A stretch of DNA of 32,000 bases, taken from the NCBI GenBank assembly GCA_016699145.1, contig CP064962.1, positions 1,200,001 through 1,232,000 of the forward strand. The letters run 5' to 3'. Under the pieces are notes generated by a model that saw only the letters and a list, made by a program, of their open reading frames with translations, searched no databases and was not told the origin of the DNA. The stretch is from Candidatus Saccharimonadota bacterium. GTDB taxonomy: Bacteria > Patescibacteriota > Gracilibacteria > UBA1369 > 2-02-FULL-48-14. Of this stretch, positions 7,290 to 14,695 are shown piece by piece (positions within the stretch are counted from its first letter, which is position 1; each line of letters starts with the position of its first letter). The position numbers were made by a program, and so were the translations under genes.

Positions 7290-9353
7290 CTACTTGCTTT
7301 CAAATCTCCAAACACCGTCCCACCCTGTGAGGGCGGTGTTTTTGAGCATGTCCAAACGTCCCAATAAAGTTTTGGAAGGCCCATCGTTGGGCAGCATAGA
7401 CAGCACGGCTTTGAAACCTTTTTCAGCCTCCGTCCAAGCCCCTTTACGATACGCCGCCAAAGCCCTGTCCCACTCCACCAGCACTTTCTGACCCTCTTCA
7501 CTGGCCCCCTGCAAAGTGCCCAATAGTTCATAAATGTGGATCGCCTTATCCTTGCCTTTCAAACACACGGCATCCACTTCACGGAAAAGGAACTCTCCCT
7601 TAGCCGTTTCATAAGTGCCTTGAGTCACCAAAATGCGTGTGGAATAAAATTTATTCGCCCCTTCCAAACGGGAGGCCGTGTTCACGGTGTCGCCCATGGC
7701 CGTGTAGTCGAAGCGATTTTCGCTACCCATGTTGCCCACAATCGCATCTCCACTCGCCAGCCCAATGCGTATATTCAATGGATATCCCGTGGAGGCATTC
7801 AACTCATTCATTTTTTCACGGATCGCAAGCGCCGTCGCACACGCTTTCACGGCATGATCCAAATTGGGCACGGGGGCTCCAAACAGCGCCATGATGGCAT
7901 CTCCCTCAAACTTATCCACCATCCCTCCCACATTCATGATGACTTTCGACAGCGCATCGAAATAGGTATTGATCACCCCAACCACGGCCTGCGGCTCCAG
8001 CCCTTCGCTGAGGTGAGTGAAGTTCTCAATGTCCAAAAACAGAGCCGTAATCGCGCGCCGTTCACCCCCGAGCTTCAGCATGTCCGGCTGATTCCCAATC
8101 TGTTCCACCAACTCAGGGGACACATAACGCCCAAAAGCCTCTTTCAAACGCCGCCTCTCCGCAAACTCCGTAAAGTTTCGATAAAGGAGGATGGAGATAT
8201 ATCCAGCGACCAATGCAAACACCGGCCAAATTAAATTGATGATGACTCCATGGTCAAAACGCCACTGTGCATAAAATGGAAAGGCAAACAATTCAAGCGC
8301 CAAAAAACACGCAGACCATAGAAGAGGAGAATGCATGAAAATCAAACAGGAAACCGTCAAAATCAACGCGAGGACCAGAGCAAAATCCAAACCACTTTGG
8401 GGAGTTAAAAAAGCTTCATCTAAAATGGTTTGTATGGCATTTGCATGGATTTCAATACCCGGCATGGGTCGGGTAGGATCAATGGGCGTATATTTATTAT
8501 CTTGAAATTCAGAAGCCGTCGGACCAATCAAGACAATTTTTCCAGAAAAAACAGAAGGGTCCACGGTGCCATTCAATACATCCACAATAGAAACAGTTGG
8601 ATAAGAGCCAGTCACACCCGCATAATTGATCAGCATCTCACCTTCACTAAGCGGGATATCAAGAGGTTGCCTCAAATGTTCCTGGGCAAGCTGTAAATCC
8701 ATGTGAGGTTCAATTGTGCCATTCACACTGAGGTAGGCGGGAATGCCATAGACACTTTGAACGTTTGTTTCAGATGAAATATTAAGATTTGCAAAACCAG
8801 TTTTGAGGAACGAGCCAAATAAAACAGTAGGATCGGATTGCTCTCGATAGTCAAAACTCTCTCCTGTAAAGGAGGAAAAATGAGTGGCAAACTTAATGAA
8901 ATAAATGTTATCCCATTTTTCTAAAACAGAAGAAAGGAGCGCATCATAAGGATGCTCCTCATTTAAGTAAGCTAAAATTTGATTGGTAAAATCTATAGCT
9001 TTAGGATACTGAGTGGCGGCTGTATAAATTTCTTCAGAACTCACTCCATTGGCTGGACCATCAAACAGCCAGTCCAACATGATCAAGGAAGGGGAGCCTC
9101 CTTCAATGTATTCAATGGTTTCAGCAAAATAAGTCCGTTTTTTATCTGACTTAAAATCAATGGATGTACTCTCAATTAAAGTCCCATCAAGGGCAACAAT
9201 CACAATTTCATCCGATATTGTGCGCTCCTTATAAAGAGTGTTGCTCAGGCGAAGTTGCAAGGAATGAAAGCCGGGCCTCAGTAAAACACTCAAGAAGAGT
9301 AGAATGGCGCCAATGCCTAGAGCTAAACCCGATTTCAAGAAAGTATTTCGCAC
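7290..9353 (-). CDS. CHASE2 sensor domain-containing class III adenylate/guanylate cyclase
   Basis: - N-terminal TM helix, then an extracytoplasmic domain of about 300 aa (IVIVALD start typical of CHASE2).
- Three TM helices (FALVLALILTVSCLIF ... VFALVAGYISILLY).
- Cyclase catalytic core: RRAITALFLDIENFTHLSE, KFEGDAIMALFGAP, IRIGLASGDAIVGNMGS, YTAMGDTVNTASRLEG.
The start codon is GTG at 9353. Confidence 0.9.
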   Translation of the reverse strand: MRNTFLKSGLALGIGAILLFLSVLLRPGFHSLQLRLSNTLYKERTISDEIVIVALDGTLIESTSIDFKSDKKRTYFAETIEYIEGGSPSLIMLDWLFDGPANGVSSEEIYTAATQYPKAIDFTNQILAYLNEEHPYDALLSSVLEKWDNIYFIKFATHFSSFTGESFDYREQSDPTVLFGSFLKTGFANLNISSETNVQSVYGIPAYLSVNGTIEPHMDLQLAQEHLRQPLDIPLSEGEMLINYAGVTGSYPTVSIVDVLNGTVDPSVFSGKIVLIGPTASEFQDNKYTPIDPTRPMPGIEIHANAIQTILDEAFLTPQSGLDFALVLALILTVSCLIFMHSPLLWSACFLALELFAFPFYAQWRFDHGVIINLIWPVFALVAGYISILLYRNFTEFAERRRLKEAFGRYVSPELVEQIGNQPDMLKLGGERRAITALFLDIENFTHLSEGLEPQAVVGVINTYFDALSKVIMNVGGMVDKFEGDAIMALFGAPVPNLDHAVKACATALAIREKMNELNASTGYPLNIRIGLASGDAIVGNMGSENRFDYTAMGDTVNTASRLEGANKFYSTRILVTQGTYETAKGEFLFREVDAVCLKGKDKAIHIYELLGTLQGASEEGQKVLVEWDRALAAYRKGAWTEAEKGFKAVLSMLPNDGPSKTLLGRLDMLKNTALTGWDGVWRFESK

Positions 9354-9376
9354 AAAAACAAGATATCAATCTTATA

Positions 9377-9405
9377 ATTATACCAGGAAACCTAACTTTT
9401 TGCGA
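9377..9405 (-). promoter_or_regulatory. candidate extended -10 promoter for the cyclase gene
   Basis: The minus strand reads TGGTATAAT: a perfect TATAAT (plus 9377-9382) with a TGn extension. A weak -35 TCGCAA lies 17 nt upstream (9400-9405). The predicted TSS is about 17 nt before GTG 9353. Confidence 0.35.
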
Positions 9406-9412
9406 GCCACTA

Positions 9413-11251
9413 CTAGCTGTTTTCCTCTTTTCGTCTTGAAGCCAGTGCGAGCAGACCTAAACCAACTCCATACCAGGCAACCCCGTCTGTAGTGGTAGCA
9501 CATCCACAATGCCCTCCATCATCACCGCCTATTCCTGTATCATCTTCACCTGTATCATCTGGTTGACGAGTATCATCTTCAATATCCGAAAACCAATGGT
9601 TACCAGATTCCGAGATGCGTAAATCAATCTCATGGTCTGCGTTGCCAGGCCAAATTTGAGTGCTGACCGCTCTTACAGGATCACCCGATCTAAACACCAA
9701 TTCCGTCAACTGCTCAAGGTTTTCAGTGTCGGCATAAGGCCCATAACTGGAATCCCCGTTTGGAGGAGGAGCCCAATCCGTACCTCCTAACAAAATATCA
9801 CTATGAGTTTCAGGTCCTGTAAAGAAATTCACACGACTGGGTTCAGAATGGACAGTTAAGGCGACACCTTCCACACTTACCCCATCCCCAGCGTTAGGTA
9901 GAACGATCTCTCCATTCTCGTTGACATAAGCAGTAGTGCCATGCATCACTGCAGATCCTGCTTCTGGGTTCGCAGGATTCTCATAAATCACAGTACCTTC
10001 CGGAAGGGCGGTTCCCTCAGGGAGTGCGCTGGCAGAAAAATCAGCTTGGAATGCTCCTTCTTGAGAAACATTATTTCCACTGGAGTCCACGACTTCAACG
10101 GTAACTTGATGAGACCCTGCTTCACTTGGATTGAAAGAAATAGAAGCACCTTCCAAATTTTCAGAATCTCCACTGGGCATTACGATAGTCCAACGATAAG
10201 TAAGATCTTCACCAAGTTCTTCATCGTCCATTCCTTGTGCAGTCAGTGTTATATCCGCTCCAACGGCAACATTTAAAGATCCCAATGGCTGACCATTCAC
10301 TTCAATTGAGTTGATGCTTGGTGCATCTTCTACACAGTTATTATCCACTCCATCTTCTGCAGTAACAGTATTCCCAGGGAAACGACTGGCATCCTCATCG
10401 TCACAATCTTCTTCTACTGGGGAGCCATCTCCGTCGTTATCGTTAGGAGAAGTGGTTTCCTGACTGCTCACAATGTCATAACTTGTGCCATTGTTTTTAG
10501 CGTAATATAAGATGCCAGTGCGTTGATCAAAATAAGGTGAACGGGCCTCAGAATCAATCATCTGTTCACAACTGGCACTATCTACAACCCACACTTCACA
10601 ACCCGTTAATCCCGAGGTGTCGCACCCTCTCACAAAAAATACCCTGCCGTTGGTCGAATCTGAACCAGGTTCTTTTGCATCATGAGCCAAGATATTGCCA
10701 GAAGAATCAGTAATATCAAAATGACTCTGGCCGGAATGATAAGGAGAGAAAACAAAATCACTACTGATCTGATCATAGGCGACCCCTCCCATGTAATCGG
10801 GGGAGGTGGGATAGGCGAGAGAAGAAGAACCTGAAGACCAATCTCCACTGGTGTCTACGCCCGAATAAATATCAGCCGAACCAACGGACATGAAGTAGAC
10901 CTGAGAAGCATTGACAAACTGTACTCCATAAGGATTTGCAGGCATCCCAGTCAAATTCACTGGAGAAGAAACACTTGCACCATCGGGCATGTACCTTTGC
11001 CCGAAGACCGTTCCATCAGTAGAACTAAACATCAGCCCATTCTCACTCTTGGAAGGCCAGGCTTCATGTAGAGTCGAAGAATCAGCACCTGCCACAGTAG
11101 TGGCAGGATTAAAAGTATAGCCACAATCCACCGCCTTAGCTTGACCTGAAAAAGCTCCAATGGCAGTTGCTAAAGCAAGAGCACCAGCATTGCTTTTCAA
11201 TGAAGAAAAAGCACCAGGCTTCGAAGCATTTAATGAATCCACTCGTTTCAT
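9413..11251 (-). CDS. secreted 612-aa mosaic protein: signal peptide, beta-rich N-terminal domain, Cys/Asp-rich metal-binding-type motif, PKD-like Ig domain, and a C-terminal Cys-motif/TM/basic sorting signal
   Basis: - Signal peptide ends ...FSGQAKA|VDC.
- Residues 270-310: DNDGDGSPVEEDCDDEDASRFPGNTVTAEDGVDNNCVEDAP. This matches the DCDDxDxxxxPG...DGxDNxC pattern.
- Residues ~311-405 are PKD-like (LTYRWTIVMPSGDS...SHQVTVEVVDSSGN).
- C-terminus: GGHCGCATTTDGVAWYGVGLGLLALASRRKEENS. Confidence 0.8.
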   Translation of the reverse strand: MKRVDSLNASKPGAFSSLKSNAGALALATAIGAFSGQAKAVDCGYTFNPATTVAGADSSTLHEAWPSKSENGLMFSSTDGTVFGQRYMPDGASVSSPVNLTGMPANPYGVQFVNASQVYFMSVGSADIYSGVDTSGDWSSGSSSLAYPTSPDYMGGVAYDQISSDFVFSPYHSGQSHFDITDSSGNILAHDAKEPGSDSTNGRVFFVRGCDTSGLTGCEVWVVDSASCEQMIDSEARSPYFDQRTGILYYAKNNGTSYDIVSSQETTSPNDNDGDGSPVEEDCDDEDASRFPGNTVTAEDGVDNNCVEDAPSINSIEVNGQPLGSLNVAVGADITLTAQGMDDEELGEDLTYRWTIVMPSGDSENLEGASISFNPSEAGSHQVTVEVVDSSGNNVSQEGAFQADFSASALPEGTALPEGTVIYENPANPEAGSAVMHGTTAYVNENGEIVLPNAGDGVSVEGVALTVHSEPSRVNFFTGPETHSDILLGGTDWAPPPNGDSSYGPYADTENLEQLTELVFRSGDPVRAVSTQIWPGNADHEIDLRISESGNHWFSDIEDDTRQPDDTGEDDTGIGGDDGGHCGCATTTDGVAWYGVGLGLLALASRRKEENS

Positions 11252-11288
11252 ACCATTCTAGGGGACAGAAGTTAAACACTACATAATC

Positions 11289-11316
11289 ATAATACAAAGT
11301 TTTTCAAAAAAGTCAA
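11289..11316 (-). promoter_or_regulatory. near-consensus sigma-70-type promoter upstream of the 612-aa gene
   Basis: The minus strand reads TTGACT (plus 11311-11316), a 16-nt spacer, then TATTAT (plus 11289-11294). This sits about 38 nt upstream of ATG 11251, inside the 80-nt gap after the PilX-like gene. Confidence 0.5.
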
Positions 11317-11331
11317 CCCAATGACGCCTCT

Positions 11332-12462
11332 TCAGTTTGACAAACTATAGCTGCCACTACCCTCACCTGTTGTAGATCTAAAAAGTAAAAAAGTGTCATA
11401 GTAAAGGCTGACGCTTCCTTGAGCATAACCTTCACCCACTACAAAAGACCAAGCATTGGCAAGAGCCTCCCCACTGTCCACTTCCAATTGCCATTCTAGA
11501 TAAGGAATAGAAGCCAAGGTGTTTAATTCTTCAAGCGGATGTACAAGCTCCAGCTGCAAGTACAAATAGCGTAAATTGGGCAAAAGAGTGACGCTTTCAA
11601 TCTCTGTGGTAGAAGTGCTTTGTAAAACGAGATCATCGTTGTTGATTTTCTCTTCATAAATTTCTGTATTTGAAGGACTTGTTGGCCGGCAATCGGAGAA
11701 ACCACATCGACCCAGTGTATCATCAGTCATTAAGTGAACAGGATTCCCATCCATATCTTCGCCAATCAACTCCCAGGCAACAATATTGTCTCCACCTAGA
11801 GGCCCACTGAGATTTGTTTCATCCAGCTCAAACCTCACACACCCGCTCTCTAAAGAGCCATCCTCGCAAGGGGTGCGGATGCGCAGATTCCAGCCGGTGA
11901 AGCCGGCCAGGTCGGCAGGCAGCACGGGGTTGCCGTTTTCGTCGGTGTCAAAGAGGGGAATGATGGTGCTTTCTCCATAAGACAACTTGTTCCAGTGGCA
12001 AGGGTGATCCACATCGATCGATAAAGCGTCGATGACTTCACCATCGCTCGGATCAATGTAATCCAGCACGGAACACTCCTCAGAATTGCCCGCCGTGCCC
12101 GTGCCAAAAAGAGGAGTATAAAAATAATCGCCATAGCCCCTCTGCTTGGCTAAAACTCTAAAATTCCCCCACGAATCACAGCTCGTCGTTCCATCCGCAT
12201 TCCCACAAAAAGCTTCAGATTCAGTGGATTCGTAACCCGGACTGTAATCATTCACTCCATCTCCATCGGGGTCTTGAATCGCCAAAATGGCCGCTTCTGC
12301 TGCCGATTGCGCCGCCAAATACGCCTGCGAACTGCTGCCCAAATCGTTGTACAATTGCAGTTTTTCATTGGTGTTTTGAATCGCCGAGCCCGCAACGATC
12401 ATCATCACCGTCATCACGAGAAAGGCAAAAACCAAAGAATAAGCGGAACGAGTATCATTCAT
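11332..12462 (-). CDS. PilX-like minor pilin / pilus-associated protein (376 aa)
   Basis: I place the start at ATG 12462. This gives an ATGAATGA overlap with the upstream stop at 12455-12457. The N-terminus MNDTRSAYSLVFAFLVMTVMMIVAGSAIQ...SSQAYLAAQSAAEAAILAI resembles the PilX N-terminal hydrophobic segment plus its following helix. The 69 codons upstream of this start in the track ORF lie inside the upstream gene and look non-coding. Confidence 0.6.
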   Translation of the reverse strand: MNDTRSAYSLVFAFLVMTVMMIVAGSAIQNTNEKLQLYNDLGSSSQAYLAAQSAAEAAILAIQDPDGDGVNDYSPGYESTESEAFCGNADGTTSCDSWGNFRVLAKQRGYGDYFYTPLFGTGTAGNSEECSVLDYIDPSDGEVIDALSIDVDHPCHWNKLSYGESTIIPLFDTDENGNPVLPADLAGFTGWNLRIRTPCEDGSLESGCVRFELDETNLSGPLGGDNIVAWELIGEDMDGNPVHLMTDDTLGRCGFSDCRPTSPSNTEIYEEKINNDDLVLQSTSTTEIESVTLLPNLRYLYLQLELVHPLEELNTLASIPYLEWQLEVDSGEALANAWSFVVGEGYAQGSVSLYYDTFLLFRSTTGEGSGSYSLSN

Positions 12463-13480
12463 AAGAAACAACTTTAGAATACACGCCTGTGCTGAACGTG
12501 CGTTGAATAAGAATAGAAGGCACTTCCCCCAAAATGCCCGAGCTGTAAGCCTCGCTGAGCGCCACTTCGAGTGTGACCGTGACCTGGGGTTGCACCTGAG
12601 CATCTTCCTCTGCAAAAGCCCGATAAGGATCTTCAGAAGGAGCCGCCAAGACGCTGAAATTGAGCACACTCAAATTGGAAGAGGTGAGGGGCGCAAAATC
12701 ATCGGCATCAGGAACAGCCTGGCCGTTCACTCCAAGATCCTCACACACATAATTCTCGGCACAAGTCCAAGTGTCTTCAAGGCCGTTGTTGTCACTGTCC
12801 GTGCCCCTCATCACCAGGCGTGAAAGCCCATATTCTGTAGTGGAACCCTCCAAGAGTTCTCTCACATACAAAATGCGTTCATCCCCTGTGTTGTTCACCA
12901 AAAAAAGTTCCTCCGTAAAAGGGATACCCAGCCCCCGACAAAAAAGAGCTCCGAGGCCATTGTTCCCTCGACAAAAAGCATTCATCGCAACGGGATCGGC
13001 ACTGTAGCCAAACGCTTCGATTCCAGGGAAGGGATGCACCCCAGTATCCTCATCCCCTTCGGCATAAATGGGAATTTCACCGGGACAATCCTCAGGATGC
13101 AAACCGCCGTCGGCACAATTGGCTCCATAATACGAAGGCACGCCACTGTAAGGTCCGGCCAATTGACCCCCCGTGCCCGGATGGAAAAAACTTTGGGCAT
13201 AAGCTCCATACTCAGGGCTGTCCCAGCCGGCATCGCCCGCCACTTCCCGAGAATAATAAAGTTCATAATCCAAAGTGCTGTGCTCCAAATCACGAGCGAT
13301 TTTATCCATGAGGGCTTGAGCTTCGGTGTACAGATAAACCTGTGCTTGAATTTTTCGAGCCGAACGCAAACCATTCACAAGCAAAGTCAAAGTGACCACG
13401 GCAATCACGGCGAACAAAGTGAGGGTGATGAGCACTTCCACTAGGGTAAAAGCACGAAAAGCAGAGCGTTTAATAAACAT
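12455..13480 (-). CDS. prepilin-type N-terminal cleavage/methylation domain protein (PilW/GspJ-like by size and position)
   Basis: N-terminus MFIKRSAFRA|FTLVEVLITLTLFAVIAVVTL. This is the class III signal: F at +1, E at +5 and a hydrophobic helix. Position -1 is Ala rather than Gly. Confidence 0.8.
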   Translation of the reverse strand: MFIKRSAFRAFTLVEVLITLTLFAVIAVVTLTLLVNGLRSARKIQAQVYLYTEAQALMDKIARDLEHSTLDYELYYSREVAGDAGWDSPEYGAYAQSFFHPGTGGQLAGPYSGVPSYYGANCADGGLHPEDCPGEIPIYAEGDEDTGVHPFPGIEAFGYSADPVAMNAFCRGNNGLGALFCRGLGIPFTEELFLVNNTGDERILYVRELLEGSTTEYGLSRLVMRGTDSDNNGLEDTWTCAENYVCEDLGVNGQAVPDADDFAPLTSSNLSVLNFSVLAAPSEDPYRAFAEEDAQVQPQVTVTLEVALSEAYSSGILGEVPSILIQRTFSTGVYSKVVSYE

Positions 13481-14117
13481 GAGAAATGAGGCGGGTCAAA
13501 GAGACATTTTGGGTGATTTCGGCTAAAGACCATTCCACAGTCACGGTCGCTTCAAAGCAGGTGTCCTCAGGGCAAAGATCATTGCCAGCACTGTCCAAGG
13601 GGTCATAGTCAATGGAGATGAGCCGTTTGAAAGCATTGGCATCCACACTGCTAAAACCCGAAACCGAGCTGTTGTGTCGGTCGCTGTAAAGGGGAACGGT
13701 GGTGCCGGTGCTGTCGGTGTACTCAAACAAATCCATAAACCCGTCGGTATCGGTCACGGCCAGTTGCATGTTCCAGCGGTACAAAGGCGCATTGCTGAAA
13801 TTTTGAATCAGATAATATTCTTCTCCATCGGTGATGGCGGTGGCCGTGGCGCAATCGCTCGAAAGCGTGAGGCCCAGTTTATTCCAACAGGTGTCGGCAT
13901 CGCTGGCAAAGAGCAAATAATTGCTGTCTCGAATGTTTTTCACGGCATCCAAGCCTTCCAGGGCCAATTCCAGGGCCACCAACTTCTCACCGATCACATA
14001 ATTTCCCCTCAAAGCGGTACGAAGCATAGAAAGAGCCGCCGCGCTCGATAAAACGATCACTGTAATGGCGATCAAAGTTTCTATTATCGATTCTGCGGAG
14101 CGGGAACGCAGGGTCAT
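13470..14117 (-). CDS. degenerate prepilin-like minor pilin (PilV-like by position)
   Basis: N-terminus MTLRSRSA|ESIIETLIAITVIVLSSAAAL, with E at +5 and a hydrophobic helix. It is the first gene of the minus-strand pilin operon and overlaps the next gene by 11 nt. Confidence 0.65.
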   Translation of the reverse strand: MTLRSRSAESIIETLIAITVIVLSSAAALSMLRTALRGNYVIGEKLVALELALEGLDAVKNIRDSNYLLFASDADTCWNKLGLTLSSDCATATAITDGEEYYLIQNFSNAPLYRWNMQLAVTDTDGFMDLFEYTDSTGTTVPLYSDRHNSSVSGFSSVDANAFKRLISIDYDPLDSAGNDLCPEDTCFEATVTVEWSLAEITQNVSLTRLISHVY

Positions 14118-14152
14118 GCATCCATCTTAAAGATGCTCACAAAAAAAATCCA

Positions 14153-14161
14153 TGCTAGAAT
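14153..14161 (+). promoter_or_regulatory. extended -10 element (TGcTAGAAT) positioned for a leaderless transcript of the FimT/GspH-like pilin gene
   Basis: TGC TAGAAT at 14153-14161, followed by exactly 6 nt (tgaagc) and ATG 14168. No convincing -35 element. Confidence 0.4.
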
Positions 14162-14167
14162 TGAAGC

Positions 14168-14695
14168 ATGCACGCCCCCTCCTACAAAAAACCCGCCTTC
14201 ACTTTTATAGAACTGGTCATCGTCATTCTCATCATGTCGGTTTTGGCGGTGACTTTGGCCTTGGCGTATCAACGAGTGCAACTCAAAGTGCGTTACGACG
14301 CCCACGTGAACACCATCACCGACTTTTTTCAGCGCGCACGCAGTTATTCACTTTCCACGCTCATGGTGAATGGGGCTGAACCCACGCAGTATTACCTTTT
14401 GGAGGTGTTTGAAGACGGGATCAACATTGTGGCCCACAGCGAAAATCTTTCGCAAGTTTTGGACAGCTATACTTTCGACGAAGACATTCGCTTTCAAAGG
14501 GAACTGGAAATTTATTATTTTCCACCATCTGGGGAGCTGTGTTTAGGCATGAGTCATTGCTACGATCCCAATTACACCGGGACCCCTTCCACGGAGCAAT
14601 CCAGCATACTTTCAGACGCTTCACAGACTTATTCCACCGAATTTTCCATCACTCAAACAGGAGGCTTTATTGAAATCACACCTTTTGTGCCGTGA
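14168..14695 (+). CDS. prepilin-type minor pilin (FimT/FimU/GspH-like)
   Basis: N-terminus MHAPSYKKPA|FTFIELVIVILIMSVLAVTLAL is a canonical FTxxE class III signal with Ala at -1. The 175-aa size and the helix ...HVNTITDFFQRARSYSLS fit GspH/FimT-type pseudopilins. It is divergent from the minus-strand pilin operon across a 50-bp gap. Confidence 0.8.
   Translation: MHAPSYKKPAFTFIELVIVILIMSVLAVTLALAYQRVQLKVRYDAHVNTITDFFQRARSYSLSTLMVNGAEPTQYYLLEVFEDGINIVAHSENLSQVLDSYTFDEDIRFQRELEIYYFPPSGELCLGMSHCYDPNYTGTPSTEQSSILSDASQTYSTEFSITQTGGFIEITPFVP

Noticed and set aside
7536-8696. Plus-strand ORFs (232, 85 and 88 aa) antisense to the CHASE2 cyclase gene
   Set aside because: They overlap the conserved cyclase catalytic core on the other strand. 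Their translations are His/Arg-rich and show no family resemblance.
12463-12669. N-terminal 69-codon extension of the PilX-like ORF given by the track
   Set aside because: The extension lies inside the upstream PilW-like gene in another frame and translates to Arg/Cys/Leu-rich nonsense. The internal ATG at 12462 gives a canonical PilX-like hydrophobic N-terminus and an ATGAATGA coupling overlap.
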